This document shows, in pieces, positions 1-10,091 of a DNA stretch of 64,000 bases (positions are counted from its first letter, which is position 1; every line of letters begins with the position of its first letter). The notes beneath the pieces are model-generated. The model worked only from the letters and a program-made list of their open reading frames with translations. It did no database searches and was not told the origin of the DNA. The DNA is from Bdellovibrionales bacterium. GTDB taxonomy: Bacteria > Bdellovibrionota > Bdellovibrionia > Bdellovibrionales > JAUICD01. Position numbers and translations under genes: made by a program. The stretch covers positions 160,001 to 224,000 of the forward strand of contig CBDANC010000015.1 of assembly GCA_965197425.1 (NCBI GenBank), written 5' to 3'.

Positions 1-984
1 ATCAATAAAGCCTACAGCCTCTTTGAAGGTTACCTTTATGCTGTGATTTGTGATTTCATTTGTGTTTATAACATTCCCATCTTCATCAAGATAAGTAATA
101 GTAGGAGGTTCGATGAGCTGTATACAGTTGCTAGCACTATTACCAGTAGAACTAGTTAGCTGAAAATACCCTGGTTCTCCCCTGGTACAAGGAGTCTCTA
201 TTATTGGATCAGGATCTGGTTCTGTAACATCACCACATGAAGCTATACCTAGTGTGGCTAATATTAACATAGCTCCATTCAAAACAGGCTTTACTCTAGA
301 AGTTACTAAGTTTGATCTTACTAAATTTCTTGCTAATTTTAACCTTTTAATGGGGGTAAAGGAAATAAGAAGTCCTGCTGCGGAAACTCCGCTGGTAACT
401 GAAAATGTAGAGCTTCCTTCGTTAGATAATGTGGGATTATTAGAGTTTTGAGCTTGAACATTGGAATTACCTAATTCTAAGCCTCTTAGAGCAGATTCAC
501 CATAAGACTTATAATCACTGTTATTTCTACCGTCTTCTATGCTTTTACTATTACCAGTGGAGTATCCATCTACATTTGTAAAACCAAGTGCTCTACAAAA
601 TGATTGGTTGGTGTTTGAGTCAGAAGAACATAGAGATGATACAAACTCTAGGATGCTCTCAGTACAACCTTCGGTATCAATTAATAAATTTCCATTAGAA
701 TCTGTCTTTTGTAGTTTATCGAAGAATTCCTGTGAAGACAGGGTGGATACTCCACTCGTACTATTTGCCTCAGTTTGAGTAACTTCCTGTAAAACCTCAC
801 ATGAAGAGACTGCACTTTGTGCTAATCTAAGATCCGTTGTACTAGGATCTGTGAAACTGTTGAAGTGTCCGCTTTGGGCATTAGAATTAACTGAGAAAAC
901 GAGAAGAAGTAAAAAACTCACTCGGGTTATGTAATCACTACGAATGGTGTAATCAAAGAAATTATATTTTAATAAATTTCTCAA
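1..984 (-). CDS. Hypothetical secreted protein, 3' end runs off the window
   Basis: Hand-checked stop-free frame from TTG at 984 (GAGGAG upstream) to position 1. Signal-like FLLLLVFSVNSNA, Ser/Thr/Asn-rich. Not in the ORF track. Confidence 0.8.
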   Translation of the reverse strand, partial: MRNLLKYNFFDYTIRSDYITRVSFLLLLVFSVNSNAQSGHFNSFTDPSTTDLRLAQSAVSSCEVLQEVTQTEANSTSGVSTLSSQEFFDKLQKTDSNGNLLIDTEGCTESILEFVSSLCSSDSNTNQSFCRALGFTNVDGYSTGNSKSIEDGRNNSDYKSYGESALRGLELGNSNVQAQNSNNPTLSNEGSSTFSVTSGVSAAGLLISFTPIKRLKLARNLVRSNLVTSRVKPVLNGAMLILATLGIASCGDVTEPDPDPIIETPCTRGEPGYFQLTSSTGNSASNCIQLIEPPTITYLDEDGNVINTNEITNHSIKVTFKEAVGFID

Positions 985-1283
985 AGTTTATGTACTCCTC
1001 AGTAATAATAAGAATATAGAGAATCCATTCGTGTTTGCAAAAAACTAACCTTCAAAAGAAAGCAAAGTTCGTTTATCATCTTTAGTAAATCAACTTGAGA
1101 CAGATTAAAAGCACTTGTTGGCGGACGCTCTGACCGGTAGTGTACAAAATTTATGCTTATAAGTCAACACTGTAAAAATTAGTCATGTTAGTCACAAAGT
1201 GATATAGGTTGTATGTTCAAGTGATTTTAAACTATAAGCGTGGTGTTGTGGTGGAAACTCCATTGGTAGAGGTTTTGTAGATA

Positions 1284-2078
1284 ATGAAAATAACCAAAAT
1301 GTCAGGGGCAGGGAACACATTTTTGATAATAAATGCAATTGGAAAAGAAGCCTTTCAGAAACAAAACCTACCTAGCTTAGCTTCCAAGCTGTGCACAGAA
1401 CACAATACTGATGGTCTGGTTCTGTTAAAGGAAAATACTAAAGTTGATTTTGAGTGGGAATTTTTAAATATAAATGGCTCCCATGCTGATATGTGCGGAA
1501 ATGCTGCCAGATGTGTTGTTATGTATGCTTTTGAAAACAAAATTGCAGCTAAAAAAGTCGAATTTCAGGCAAAAAATAAAATTATAAAAGGTGAGGTTGT
1601 AGACAATAAAACAGTAAAAGTATTTATGGGAAAATCTAGTGCGATAGATTCCTTAAAAGTGTGTGGTGAAGAAGGATTATTGATAGACTCTGGAGTTTTA
1701 CATTTTGTTATAGAAATAAAAAACATAAATGATCTAAACCTGGCTCAGGTAGCATCAGGCATTCAAAAAGAGCCAGGGCCAGCAAATAATGCTAACATAA
1801 CTTTTTTTTGTAGATCTGATAGTAATAGCCAAACAAATTATGTCAAGACATTTGAAAGAGGAGTTTTTAAGTTCACAAAGGCTTGTGGTACAGGTGCTGT
1901 GGCAGTAGGAACAGCCTTAGTGTTTCAGAAGAAACATGCATTTAATGAGCTTATAAACCTTTCGTTTGAGGGTGGTATACTTACTGTATCTGTGTTAGAT
2001 AATTATCAAGATACACTGCTTATGGGAGGTGTGGAAACATTGGATATATTTGAACAAGATTTGAGTCTTTTAAGATGA
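1284..2078 (+). CDS. dapF: Diaminopimelate epimerase
   Basis: KMSGAGNTF, MCGNAARC, ERG...ACGTG motifs. Confidence 0.95.
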   Translation: MKITKMSGAGNTFLIINAIGKEAFQKQNLPSLASKLCTEHNTDGLVLLKENTKVDFEWEFLNINGSHADMCGNAARCVVMYAFENKIAAKKVEFQAKNKIIKGEVVDNKTVKVFMGKSSAIDSLKVCGEEGLLIDSGVLHFVIEIKNINDLNLAQVASGIQKEPGPANNANITFFCRSDSNSQTNYVKTFERGVFKFTKACGTGAVAVGTALVFQKKHAFNELINLSFEGGILTVSVLDNYQDTLLMGGVETLDIFEQDLSLLR

Positions 2079-2965
2079 ATTTTTCAGGAGTTTTTTCAGC
2101 ACTACCAACACCATTTAATGGTGGTGAAGTGGACTTTACATCTCTAATAAGGTTAGTACAGCATCAATTAGACAACGATATTGATGGTATTGTCGTAATG
2201 GGTACAACAGCAGAAAGCCCTGTGTTGTCCTTGAAACAAAGGGAAGCTATCTTTCAAGTTGTAGATGAACGAGTTTCATCAAAGGTACCCATTGTGGTGG
2301 GAACAGGCAGTAATAGCACTCAAGATACAATAGAAAAATCTAAAATAGCAAGAAATTGGGGTGCAGATGCTCTTTTGTGTGTAGTTCCCTATTATAACAA
2401 ACCTCCACAAAGAGGATTATTGAACCACTTTTCCGCAATTAGTAAGGCAGTAAGTGATATACCAATTATCTTATACAATGTTCCTTCAAGAACAGTTACA
2501 TCCTTGAATCTTGAAACAATAGTAGAACTATCTAAGCTTGGTAATGTAATAGGTATTAAGGAAGCTAGTGGTGATATGAAATTTGATGCACAAATTATCA
2601 AGTCTACTAATAAGAAATTTTTAACCTTAAGTGGTGATGATCCTAGTTTCTTTAAATTTTTAGAGACAGGTGGTGATGGTATAATATCTGTTGTTTCTAA
2701 TGTCATACCAAGAGAGTTTTCTTCTGTATTTAAGTTGTATAAAGAGGGGAATGTAAAAGAGGCAAAAACTCTTTTTTCTAAAGTTAAACCTTTAATTGGG
2801 GCGCTAAATTTTGATTCAAACCCAATTCCTATAAAAGCAGCTTTGAATATCTGTGCTTTGTTCAAAACCAAGGAAGTAGTAAGTCCTCTAGCGGATGCTC
2901 TGGAGAATGATGTTTTAAAACTTAAAAAAGTTATGTCTAAGGTACTTAAGATGGAGTTTGAATGA
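2075..2965 (+). CDS. dapA: 4-hydroxy-tetrahydrodipicolinate synthase
   Basis: GTTAES, PYYNKP, LYNVPSRT, GIKEASG. ATGA-coupled to dapF. Confidence 0.97.
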   Translation: MNFSGVFSALPTPFNGGEVDFTSLIRLVQHQLDNDIDGIVVMGTTAESPVLSLKQREAIFQVVDERVSSKVPIVVGTGSNSTQDTIEKSKIARNWGADALLCVVPYYNKPPQRGLLNHFSAISKAVSDIPIILYNVPSRTVTSLNLETIVELSKLGNVIGIKEASGDMKFDAQIIKSTNKKFLTLSGDDPSFFKFLETGGDGIISVVSNVIPREFSSVFKLYKEGNVKEAKTLFSKVKPLIGALNFDSNPIPIKAALNICALFKTKEVVSPLADALENDVLKLKKVMSKVLKMEFE

Positions 2966-3639
2966 GTAAAATTAATTTAGCTGTTATAGGTGCTAGCGGC
3001 AGAATGGGAAAAGAGATAACTAGTCTCGTTAAAAGTGATAACAGTTTGTTGTTAAAAGCGGAAGTATCTAGATCAGGTCCTATTAAGAGTTTGGACAAAG
3101 TAGATCAAAAAATTGATGTGGCCATTGATTTTTCTTTAGTAGAAAATTTTAAAAACACACTTGATTGGTGCGTTTCAAGAAATATCAAGCTGGTAAGCGG
3201 TGTTACGGGTTTAGGGTCAGATGAAGTTGATGCACTACACTCAGCTTCAGGGAGGATCCCATGTCTATGGTCGCCTAATATGAGTTTAGGCATAAATTTA
3301 ATGGCTAAAATGCTTGGTATGTTATCTAGTTTAACTGATTATGACATACAGTTAGTGGAAACCCACCACGAGGGTAAAAAAGATTCTCCGAGTGGGACTG
3401 CTGTTTTTTTGCAAGATATTTTGGACAAAGAAGGCCTTAAAACACAAAAACCAATATCTATAAGAGGTGGTGGTGTGTACGGTGTTCATGAAGTTTTGGC
3501 TATGGGAGAAGGAGACATGATTAGCTTAAAGCACACTGCCTTAAACCGTCTTGTTTTTGCTAAGGGGGCAATTGCTTCGGCAAAGTGGATAAACACTATT
3601 AAAACCCCAGGGCTTTACTCTATCAAAGATATTTTATAA
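2962..3639 (+). CDS. dapB: 4-hydroxy-tetrahydrodipicolinate reductase
   Basis: GASGRMG, ETHHEGKKDSPSGTA. Confidence 0.96.
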   Translation: MSKINLAVIGASGRMGKEITSLVKSDNSLLLKAEVSRSGPIKSLDKVDQKIDVAIDFSLVENFKNTLDWCVSRNIKLVSGVTGLGSDEVDALHSASGRIPCLWSPNMSLGINLMAKMLGMLSSLTDYDIQLVETHHEGKKDSPSGTAVFLQDILDKEGLKTQKPISIRGGGVYGVHEVLAMGEGDMISLKHTALNRLVFAKGAIASAKWINTIKTPGLYSIKDIL

Positions 3640-3653
3640 AGATTGCCTGATCA

Positions 3654-3750
3654 ATGTGATTGGATCAACTGTGAGGTCAAGAGCTGGGCAACCACTCAGT
3701 CAAAAAAAATGAACAAGTCCACTTATTTTTGACTTCGTTCGAAAAACCTT
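3654..3750 (+). repeat. Dispersed structured element copy R1
   Basis: 30-nt leader, CTGGGCAACCAC at 3684, stem AGTCAAAAA/TTTTTGACT, end CGTTCGAAAAACCTT. Confidence 0.85.
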
Positions 3751-4043
3751 TAAGTATTCTTACACAATTTATATAGATATCGTCCTAGTCTATCTGCTTC
3801 TTCTATTAGATTTTTATGGTTTACAATATTTAGTATTGCTTGCACTTCTCTGAGTGATCCGAGGCTGATTCTATAGAATTTTCTTCGATCTTTAGCTGTT
3901 GGTTTGGCACTTCCCTCTGCTAAATTGAGCACAATGCTTAAGATTGCTCTTTTGAACTGATTTTCAAGTGGTTCTTTTAAGTACAGGCTTCTAGAGTTTT
4001 TATAGAATTTAATTGCTAATTGATAAGTTTTTAATTTTTTCAT
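3750..4043 (-). CDS. Four-helix-bundle protein (23S rRNA IVP / TIGR02436-like), copy 1
   Basis: 97 aa from ATG 4043 after GGGAGG. QFKRAILSIVLNLAEG...FYRISLGSLREV signature. Confidence 0.9.
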   Translation of the reverse strand: MKKLKTYQLAIKFYKNSRSLYLKEPLENQFKRAILSIVLNLAEGSAKPTAKDRRKFYRISLGSLREVQAILNIVNHKNLIEEADRLGRYLYKLCKNT

Positions 4044-4088
4044 AAAAATTTTCCTCCCTACCATCTTTTGATGGGAGGAAATTTTTTT
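4044..4088 (-). promoter_or_regulatory. Hairpin occluding the SD of IVP copy 1
   Basis: mRNA AAAAAAATTTCCTCCC-ATCAAAAGATGGTA-GGGAGGAAAATTTTT-ATG. Confidence 0.75.
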
Positions 4089-4102
4089 GAAAAATTTAAA
4101 TC

Positions 4103-4173
4103 AATTACCAGATTCCAGATTGCCTGACTGCCTGCTTGTCAGTTTGCCGTAGTACCTGTTTGCCGGACTGTTT
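4103..4173. repeat. Degenerate 8-mer tandem array (consensus about GAYTGCCT)
   Basis: AATTACCA GATTCCA GATTGCCT GACTGCCT GCTTGTCA GTTTGCCG TAGTACCT GTTTGCCG GACTGTTT. Confidence 0.8.
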
Positions 4174-4233
4174 ATTTATGATGTTGCTTAGCAACGAAAA
4201 CGCCTTAGAGTTTGGAGACTTGTAGTTTCTTAT

Positions 4234-5493
4234 GTGTTACCATTCGACATAGTGGCTGTTAGATTTTTTTTGTGTTTTTTATTTTCTTTTCCTGTATTTG
4301 CTGGTTCTTTTGAAGATGCTATCAAGTACATAGAAACCCACGAAACCGTCCTAGCTTTAAAAGATAAGGCTGATTCGGTTGTTGCTCAAAGTTATATAGA
4401 TGGATCTTGGGGTGATCCTGTGTTTAGTGTGATGGCAAAAAATTATCCCAGAAGCCTTGATGGCGGAGTATCCATGATGACGGGTATAGATTTTAGTATT
4501 AGGCAAAAAGTTGCCCTAACCAACCGGTATAGAAATATAAAAAAATCTCTTCTATATCAGTCTAATTCTTTAAAACACGAGGCTTTGGATCAAAAGCAGA
4601 TTCTGATAAAGGTCTTGTGGGAAACTTTAGTTCAAAAAAAACAAATTGAAGAAGAAATCAAAATTTTTAAAGAAAATTTAATTTGGATTACTAAAATATT
4701 AGAAGTAAGTAATAAACTTTATGCTAATGGAACAATTTCAAGTCAGGCTATTTTAGATGTTCAAATAAGAAAATCAGAAATAGATATATTAATAACTAAC
4801 AAGGAATTTGAAATTTTAAAAATTGCTGACAAACTAAAATACTTAACGGGAAGTAATAGTATTAAAGAAGACACAATACCTTGGAATATTTTAGATAGAC
4901 CAGGAGGTTCAGATGATAATGAAAATAAAAAAGAGGATAGTGATGAAAGTCAGAACGAAAATAAAGATGCAGAGGTAAAGTATAAATTGGATCATAAGGG
5001 TAAGTCTTATCTAGCTAGGAGAGCTTCCAAGAACTTGTTATTAAAGGCCACAAAAAAAGGATTTTTGCCTGATCTAAGTATCTCTGCTGTTTACACCAAA
5101 AGACAGGATGAGGATTTTGTGGGGTTATCTGTTGGTCTTGCCTTACCTTTTGTAACACATAGAAAAGTAAGTAAGGCTTTATCGGAGAAGTCTTTATTGG
5201 AAAGAAAGTATCGGGATTATAAGAATAAAAGGAAGCTCGAAATTGTTCTTGCTAAAACAGAGTTATCTAAAATTCAAAAAGAGCTTAGCATTTTATCCGA
5301 TAAAACGATAAAATTTGCAACAGACCTTAGAAATATAACTGCAAAGTCTTATAGTTTGGGAAGCTCTAGTTATACTGAATTATTACAAAGTGAGCTTAAA
5401 TTGCAGCAAATGTTGTTAAAGCAAATTATGTTAGAGGCTAAATCCAAATTGACTAAGGTAGAACTTAGATATCTAGGAGCGTATGATGGTTAG
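4234..5493 (+). CDS. cusC: TolC-family outer-membrane efflux protein (CusC-like)
   Basis: Signal peptide, helical OEP-type repeats, first gene of an RND operon. Start uncertain. Confidence 0.8.
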   Translation: MLPFDIVAVRFFLCFLFSFPVFAGSFEDAIKYIETHETVLALKDKADSVVAQSYIDGSWGDPVFSVMAKNYPRSLDGGVSMMTGIDFSIRQKVALTNRYRNIKKSLLYQSNSLKHEALDQKQILIKVLWETLVQKKQIEEEIKIFKENLIWITKILEVSNKLYANGTISSQAILDVQIRKSEIDILITNKEFEILKIADKLKYLTGSNSIKEDTIPWNILDRPGGSDDNENKKEDSDESQNENKDAEVKYKLDHKGKSYLARRASKNLLLKATKKGFLPDLSISAVYTKRQDEDFVGLSVGLALPFVTHRKVSKALSEKSLLERKYRDYKNKRKLEIVLAKTELSKIQKELSILSDKTIKFATDLRNITAKSYSLGSSSYTELLQSELKLQQMLLKQIMLEAKSKLTKVELRYLGAYDG

Positions 5494-6850
5494 ATTGCTT
5501 ATTTGTTCAGTTTTGGTTTTTTCGACGACGACAGCTTGTACAAAAAAATCAGAACAAAAGGCATCAAATATTTACTACACATGCTCCATGCATCCTGAAA
5601 TTAGGGAGCCTAAGGCCGGAAAATGTCCAATATGTCATATGGATTTGGTGTCAGTTGAAATAGACAAAATAGACAAAATAGACAAAAAGAATAATAAGGC
5701 AGCTTTACAGGTTAAAAATTCTAAAAATAACGACGAATATTACTGCAAGAATTTTCCAGAAGTTAAAAGTAAGTTTGGAGGCGCATGTCCTGTGGATGGA
5801 ACTGCCATGATTCGGGATAAACAGACAGCTTCGGTTGAAAATGCCAAATTGGGAAAAATAGTAGCTCAGGTAAAACTTAAAAAGGCTCATATGAATCACT
5901 TTAAGCCTGAATTTTTTCCCGTAGCTAACATGAACATGGTAAAAAAAATTAGGTTGCTTGCTAGTGTGCTTAGATCGGAAGAGAAGGAAAGTAGAATTGC
6001 TGCAAAAGTGGATGGAAGAGTTGAAAAAGTATTCGTTAGATCCACGGGTAGTGCTGTTCGTGTTGGTAATCCTGTTTTAACTTTATATAGTCCAAAATTA
6101 ATAACTGCTGGTGAAGAATATTTAGTAGCCAGGAGAAGTTTTGCACAGAATAATTCTGCAGAATTTAGAAATATGTTAAATCAAAGTAAAGAGCGCCTAA
6201 AGCTTTGGGGAATTAAAACATTCCAATATGAAAAGTGGTATAGGGACGGTAAAGTTCCAAGGAAGATTGTTATTTATTCAGATGCCACTGGTGTGGTAAG
6301 GAAGAGAAATGCAGTAGTGGGAAAGTATTTTACCGTAGGACAAAACTTTTTTGAGCTATCAAACTTAGATGATGTTTGGGTTGAAATGGATGTTTATGAA
6401 CATGATTCATCTTTGGTACAAGTTGGTCAAAAGGTAGAGCTAAGTTTTGATGCAATACCAGGTGAAAAAGTTCAAGGTGTAATTGATTTTGTAAACCCAG
6501 TATTAGATCCAAAATCTAGAACTTTAAAGATAAGAGCTACTATACACAATTCTTCTGGTAAGCTTAAACCAGGTATGTTGGCTAATGCTGTATTGATCAT
6601 GAACATACCTGGAAATCCATTGGCTATACCTAGAAACGCAATGATTGATACTGGAAAGCGTAAAGTTGTTTGGATCAAATCAAAAGACAATAGCTTTGTA
6701 GCAAGAGCTGTGCAAACAGGTTATGAGTCTGATGGATATGTAGAAGTAAAGTCTGGTTTATCAATTGGAGATAGTGTTGTTATTGAAGGTAATTTTTTGT
6801 TAGATGCACAAGCCCAATTATTTGGTGGATACGAAGACATAACAGACTAA
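5483..6850 (+). CDS. cusB: Heavy-metal efflux RND periplasmic adaptor
   Basis: YTCSMHPEI...CPICHMDL metal-binding domain, LYSPKL, LKPGM. Confidence 0.9.
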   Translation: MMVRLLICSVLVFSTTTACTKKSEQKASNIYYTCSMHPEIREPKAGKCPICHMDLVSVEIDKIDKIDKKNNKAALQVKNSKNNDEYYCKNFPEVKSKFGGACPVDGTAMIRDKQTASVENAKLGKIVAQVKLKKAHMNHFKPEFFPVANMNMVKKIRLLASVLRSEEKESRIAAKVDGRVEKVFVRSTGSAVRVGNPVLTLYSPKLITAGEEYLVARRSFAQNNSAEFRNMLNQSKERLKLWGIKTFQYEKWYRDGKVPRKIVIYSDATGVVRKRNAVVGKYFTVGQNFFELSNLDDVWVEMDVYEHDSSLVQVGQKVELSFDAIPGEKVQGVIDFVNPVLDPKSRTLKIRATIHNSSGKLKPGMLANAVLIMNIPGNPLAIPRNAMIDTGKRKVVWIKSKDNSFVARAVQTGYESDGYVEVKSGLSIGDSVVIEGNFLLDAQAQLFGGYEDITD

Positions 6851-6863
6851 GTGTAAGGTATTT

Positions 6864-6985
6864 TAGTTATGGGATCAGTGTCGTGTTAGAGAGCTGGGCA
6901 ACCACGAGGCAAAAAATGCTCTGGCTTCACTTGCACTGCGTGCTTTTGTTTTGCTATTTCATTTTTTACCTCTTAGGAAGACCTT
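6864..6985 (+). repeat. Dispersed structured element copy R2
   Basis: CTGGGCAACCAC at 6894, stem GAGG-C-AAAAAATG/CATTTTTT-A-CCTC, ends AGGAAGACCTT 1 nt before the cusA ATG. Confidence 0.85.
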
Positions 6986-6986
6986 T

Positions 6987-9900
6987 ATGATTCAAAAGTT
7001 AATAGAGTTTTCGGTAAAAAACAGAATATTAGTTGTAATAGCTTTTTTGTTTATTGCACTAATATCTGTTTTTAGTTTTAGAAGAGCCTCGATAGATATA
7101 ATTCCTGATATAGGTGATAATCAGCAGATTATTTTTACTGAATGGCCGGGAAGATCTCCTAAAGATGTTGAAGAGCAGATTACCTACCCTTTGAGTGCAT
7201 CTATTCAGGGAATTCCTGGAGTTGAAGATATAAGAGGAATGTCTGCTTTTGGTTTTTCTGTTCTCTATGTAATTTTTAAGGATGACATAGATTTTTATTG
7301 GAGTAGAAGCAGAATTTTAGAAAAGCTATCTTTTGTGTCAGGGCTACCTGATGGTGTTAATCCTAAACTTGGGCCAGACTCTACTGGATTAGGTCAAGTT
7401 TATTGGTATGTTTTAGAAAACAAGGAAGACTCTTCGAAGCCAAAATCTCTTGAAGAATTGCGTAGCATTCAAGATTTTTATGTTCGGTATCTATTACAAA
7501 GTGTTGATGGAGTTAGTGAGGTTTCTAGTATTGGAGGTTTTGTTAAGGAGTATCAGATAGATGTAGATCCTAATAATCTATTTGCATACGATGTTCACTT
7601 TAGTGATCTAGTAAAAGCAATTCAAAATAGCAATATAGATGTTGGTGCTGAGGTTATAGAAGAAGGAGATAGGGAGTTTGTAGTAAGGGGTAAAGGTGTA
7701 TTTGAATCTATAGAAGATATTGAGAATGTTGTAGTTGCTGTTAAAAACAATTCACCGGTATTAGTAAAAAATTTAGCTAGAGTTGGAGTAGGCCCTGCTT
7801 TTAGAAGAGGTGCATTGGACAAAAATGGTGTTGAGTCTGTTGGTGGCGTGGTTACCATGCGATTTGGTGAAAATCCAGCAGAGGTTATTAAAGGAGTAAA
7901 GGAAAGAATCAAGGTTGTAGAGGACGGTTTACCTGATGGGGTTAGGCTTACGCCTTTTTATGATAGAACAGAGGTCATTCATAGTGCCTTGTCTACTGTC
8001 TATAAGGCTTTAACTTACGAAATTCTCATAACTATTTTAGTCATATCACTATTTTTAATTCATTTTAAGTCGGCTATTTTGGTTTCATTAACCCTGCCTT
8101 TTGGTGTGGGTATAAGTTTCATTTTAATGAACATGTTTAATGTAGACTCTAACATAATGAGTTTATCTGGCTTGGTCATTGCCATTGGTTCTATGGTGGA
8201 TATGGGAATTATAATGACAGAAAATATCTATCGTGGCTTAGCAAAAAGTAAGGAGGATCAGAATAAAGTTGAGGTAATTATAAGATCTGCTTGTGAAGTA
8301 GGGCCTGCTATGTTGACAGCTGTTTCTACAACTATTGTTACCTTTTTGCCTGTATTTTTTCTCGAAAAAAGTGAAGGGAAACTTTTTGAACCGCTTGCGA
8401 TGGCAAAGACTGTTGCAATGTTTGGTTCTATTGTAGTGGCTATAATTTTAATTCCAGCATTGTCCGTATTTATGTTTAAGTCCAGGCCCAAACTTGAAAC
8501 TAATGAAGTTAGTAACATAATTGTAAGGTGTTATAGGCCAGCGTTGAATTGGGTGTTGGACAACTATTTAAAATTTATGGCTATCCCTTTTGGAATCTTA
8601 GTTTTAGGTTTTGTGGCTTATATTAATATAGGTAAAGAGTTTATGCCTTCAATTAATGAAGGTGATATTTTGTATATGCCGGTTACCACATATGATGTGA
8701 GTATGACAAAAGCCAGGGAGCTTTTGGCCTATACTGATCAAAAATTAAAAGAACATCCATTGGTTGAAGATGCTATAGGGAAGTTGGGTAGGGCTGAGAC
8801 TGCGCTTGATCCAGCTCCTATAGCAATGTTTGAAACTTTAGTTAAGTTAAAGCCTAAGAGTGAATGGCCCTTAGGTAAGTCTATTAATGATATAAAAGAT
8901 GAATTAGATCGAAGTATGCAAATACCAGGACTTGTTAATGCTTGGCTTTTTCCTATTGAAACCAGGATAGCGATGATTTCTACCGGTATAAAAACACAGG
9001 TTGGGGTAAAAATTTTTGGTGATGACATTAAAACATTAGAGAGTTTGTCTTCTAAAATTGCTAACGAGTTAAAAAAGGTAAAAGGAGCTCATGGTGTATA
9101 TGCGGAGGTTGGTGTAGATAAACCTTATATAGAGTTTGACATTGATAGGGTTGCAGCAAGTAGGTATGGAATTAACACTGGTACTATCAATCAAATTATT
9201 CAAACTGCGGTTGGTGGTATGAGTATAGGAGAATTTTTTGATGGTAGGAAGAGATATCCTATTAGGGTTAGGTATAAAAAGGAGTTAAGGGATAGAATTG
9301 ATGAGTTAAAGAAGGTTTTGGTTCCAAGTCCTCTTGGTCAGCATATTCCTCTTAGACAGCTAACTAGTGTAAATGTGGTGATGGGTCCTGCCAGGATTAT
9401 GTCGGAAAATGGAATGTTGCGATCGATGGTTTTGCTTAATGTAAGGAATAGAGATTTAGTTGGTTTTGTAGAGGATGCCAAAAAACACATTCAGAAGATG
9501 GATATTCCAAAAGGTTATTCTATTGTGTGGGCAGGGCAGTATGAGGATCAGGTTCGTTCTAGTAACAGGCTCATGATTTTGATTCCTATTGTGTTATTGA
9601 TCAATTTACTGCTGCTTAATTTGGGGCTTAAGGGTTTTAGGGATGCTGGTATTGTTTTTAGTGCGGTCCCATTTGCTTTTGCGGGTGGTTTGATTTTGTT
9701 ATGGCTTTGGGGATTTAATACATCTGTTGCGGTTTGGGTTGGTTTTATAGCTTTATTTGGTATTGCTGTTGATGATGGTGTTATCATGATGACTTATCTT
9801 AAAAGGGCTATTAGAGAAAGGAAGCCTGCTAACTGGTCTGAGTTAAAAAATTGTGTTTTAGAAGCTGGGAGTAGGAGAATAAGACCGCTTGTTATGACGA

Positions 9901-10091
9901 CTGTTACAACTATTATGGCGTTGTTACCTGTTATGTGGTCTACTGGAACTGGTAGTGAGGTTATAAAGCCTATGGCCATTCCAACATTGGGTGGTATGGT
10001 GGTTGCTACGATAACTTTATTTATTGTACCTGTGGTTTATTCACAGGTTGAGTTTCATAAGTTAAAGGCTAGCCGTGACCACTCATCATAA
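6987..10091 (+). CDS. cusA: Cu/Ag RND efflux permease
   Basis: WPGRSPKDVEEQITYPL, GPDSTGLG, DPAPIAMFET, RRIRPLVMT. True start ATG 6987 (MIQKLIEFS). Confidence 0.95.
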   Translation: MIQKLIEFSVKNRILVVIAFLFIALISVFSFRRASIDIIPDIGDNQQIIFTEWPGRSPKDVEEQITYPLSASIQGIPGVEDIRGMSAFGFSVLYVIFKDDIDFYWSRSRILEKLSFVSGLPDGVNPKLGPDSTGLGQVYWYVLENKEDSSKPKSLEELRSIQDFYVRYLLQSVDGVSEVSSIGGFVKEYQIDVDPNNLFAYDVHFSDLVKAIQNSNIDVGAEVIEEGDREFVVRGKGVFESIEDIENVVVAVKNNSPVLVKNLARVGVGPAFRRGALDKNGVESVGGVVTMRFGENPAEVIKGVKERIKVVEDGLPDGVRLTPFYDRTEVIHSALSTVYKALTYEILITILVISLFLIHFKSAILVSLTLPFGVGISFILMNMFNVDSNIMSLSGLVIAIGSMVDMGIIMTENIYRGLAKSKEDQNKVEVIIRSACEVGPAMLTAVSTTIVTFLPVFFLEKSEGKLFEPLAMAKTVAMFGSIVVAIILIPALSVFMFKSRPKLETNEVSNIIVRCYRPALNWVLDNYLKFMAIPFGILVLGFVAYINIGKEFMPSINEGDILYMPVTTYDVSMTKARELLAYTDQKLKEHPLVEDAIGKLGRAETALDPAPIAMFETLVKLKPKSEWPLGKSINDIKDELDRSMQIPGLVNAWLFPIETRIAMISTGIKTQVGVKIFGDDIKTLESLSSKIANELKKVKGAHGVYAEVGVDKPYIEFDIDRVAASRYGINTGTINQIIQTAVGGMSIGEFFDGRKRYPIRVRYKKELRDRIDELKKVLVPSPLGQHIPLRQLTSVNVVMGPARIMSENGMLRSMVLLNVRNRDLVGFVEDAKKHIQKMDIPKGYSIVWAGQYEDQVRSSNRLMILIPIVLLINLLLLNLGLKGFRDAGIVFSAVPFAFAGGLILLWLWGFNTSVAVWVGFIALFGIAVDDGVIMMTYLKRAIRERKPANWSELKNCVLEAGSRRIRPLVMTTVTTIMALLPVMWSTGTGSEVIKPMAIPTLGGMVVATITLFIVPVVYSQVEFHKLKASRDHSS

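Noticed and set aside
5620..5645. CxxCH heme-binding motif in CusB
   Set aside because: It is part of the YTCxMHP...CPxCxMDL heavy-metal-binding domain.
5658..5687. (AAATAGACA)x3 in cusB as a phase-variable tract
   Set aside because: The 9-nt unit preserves frame and only lengthens a linker.
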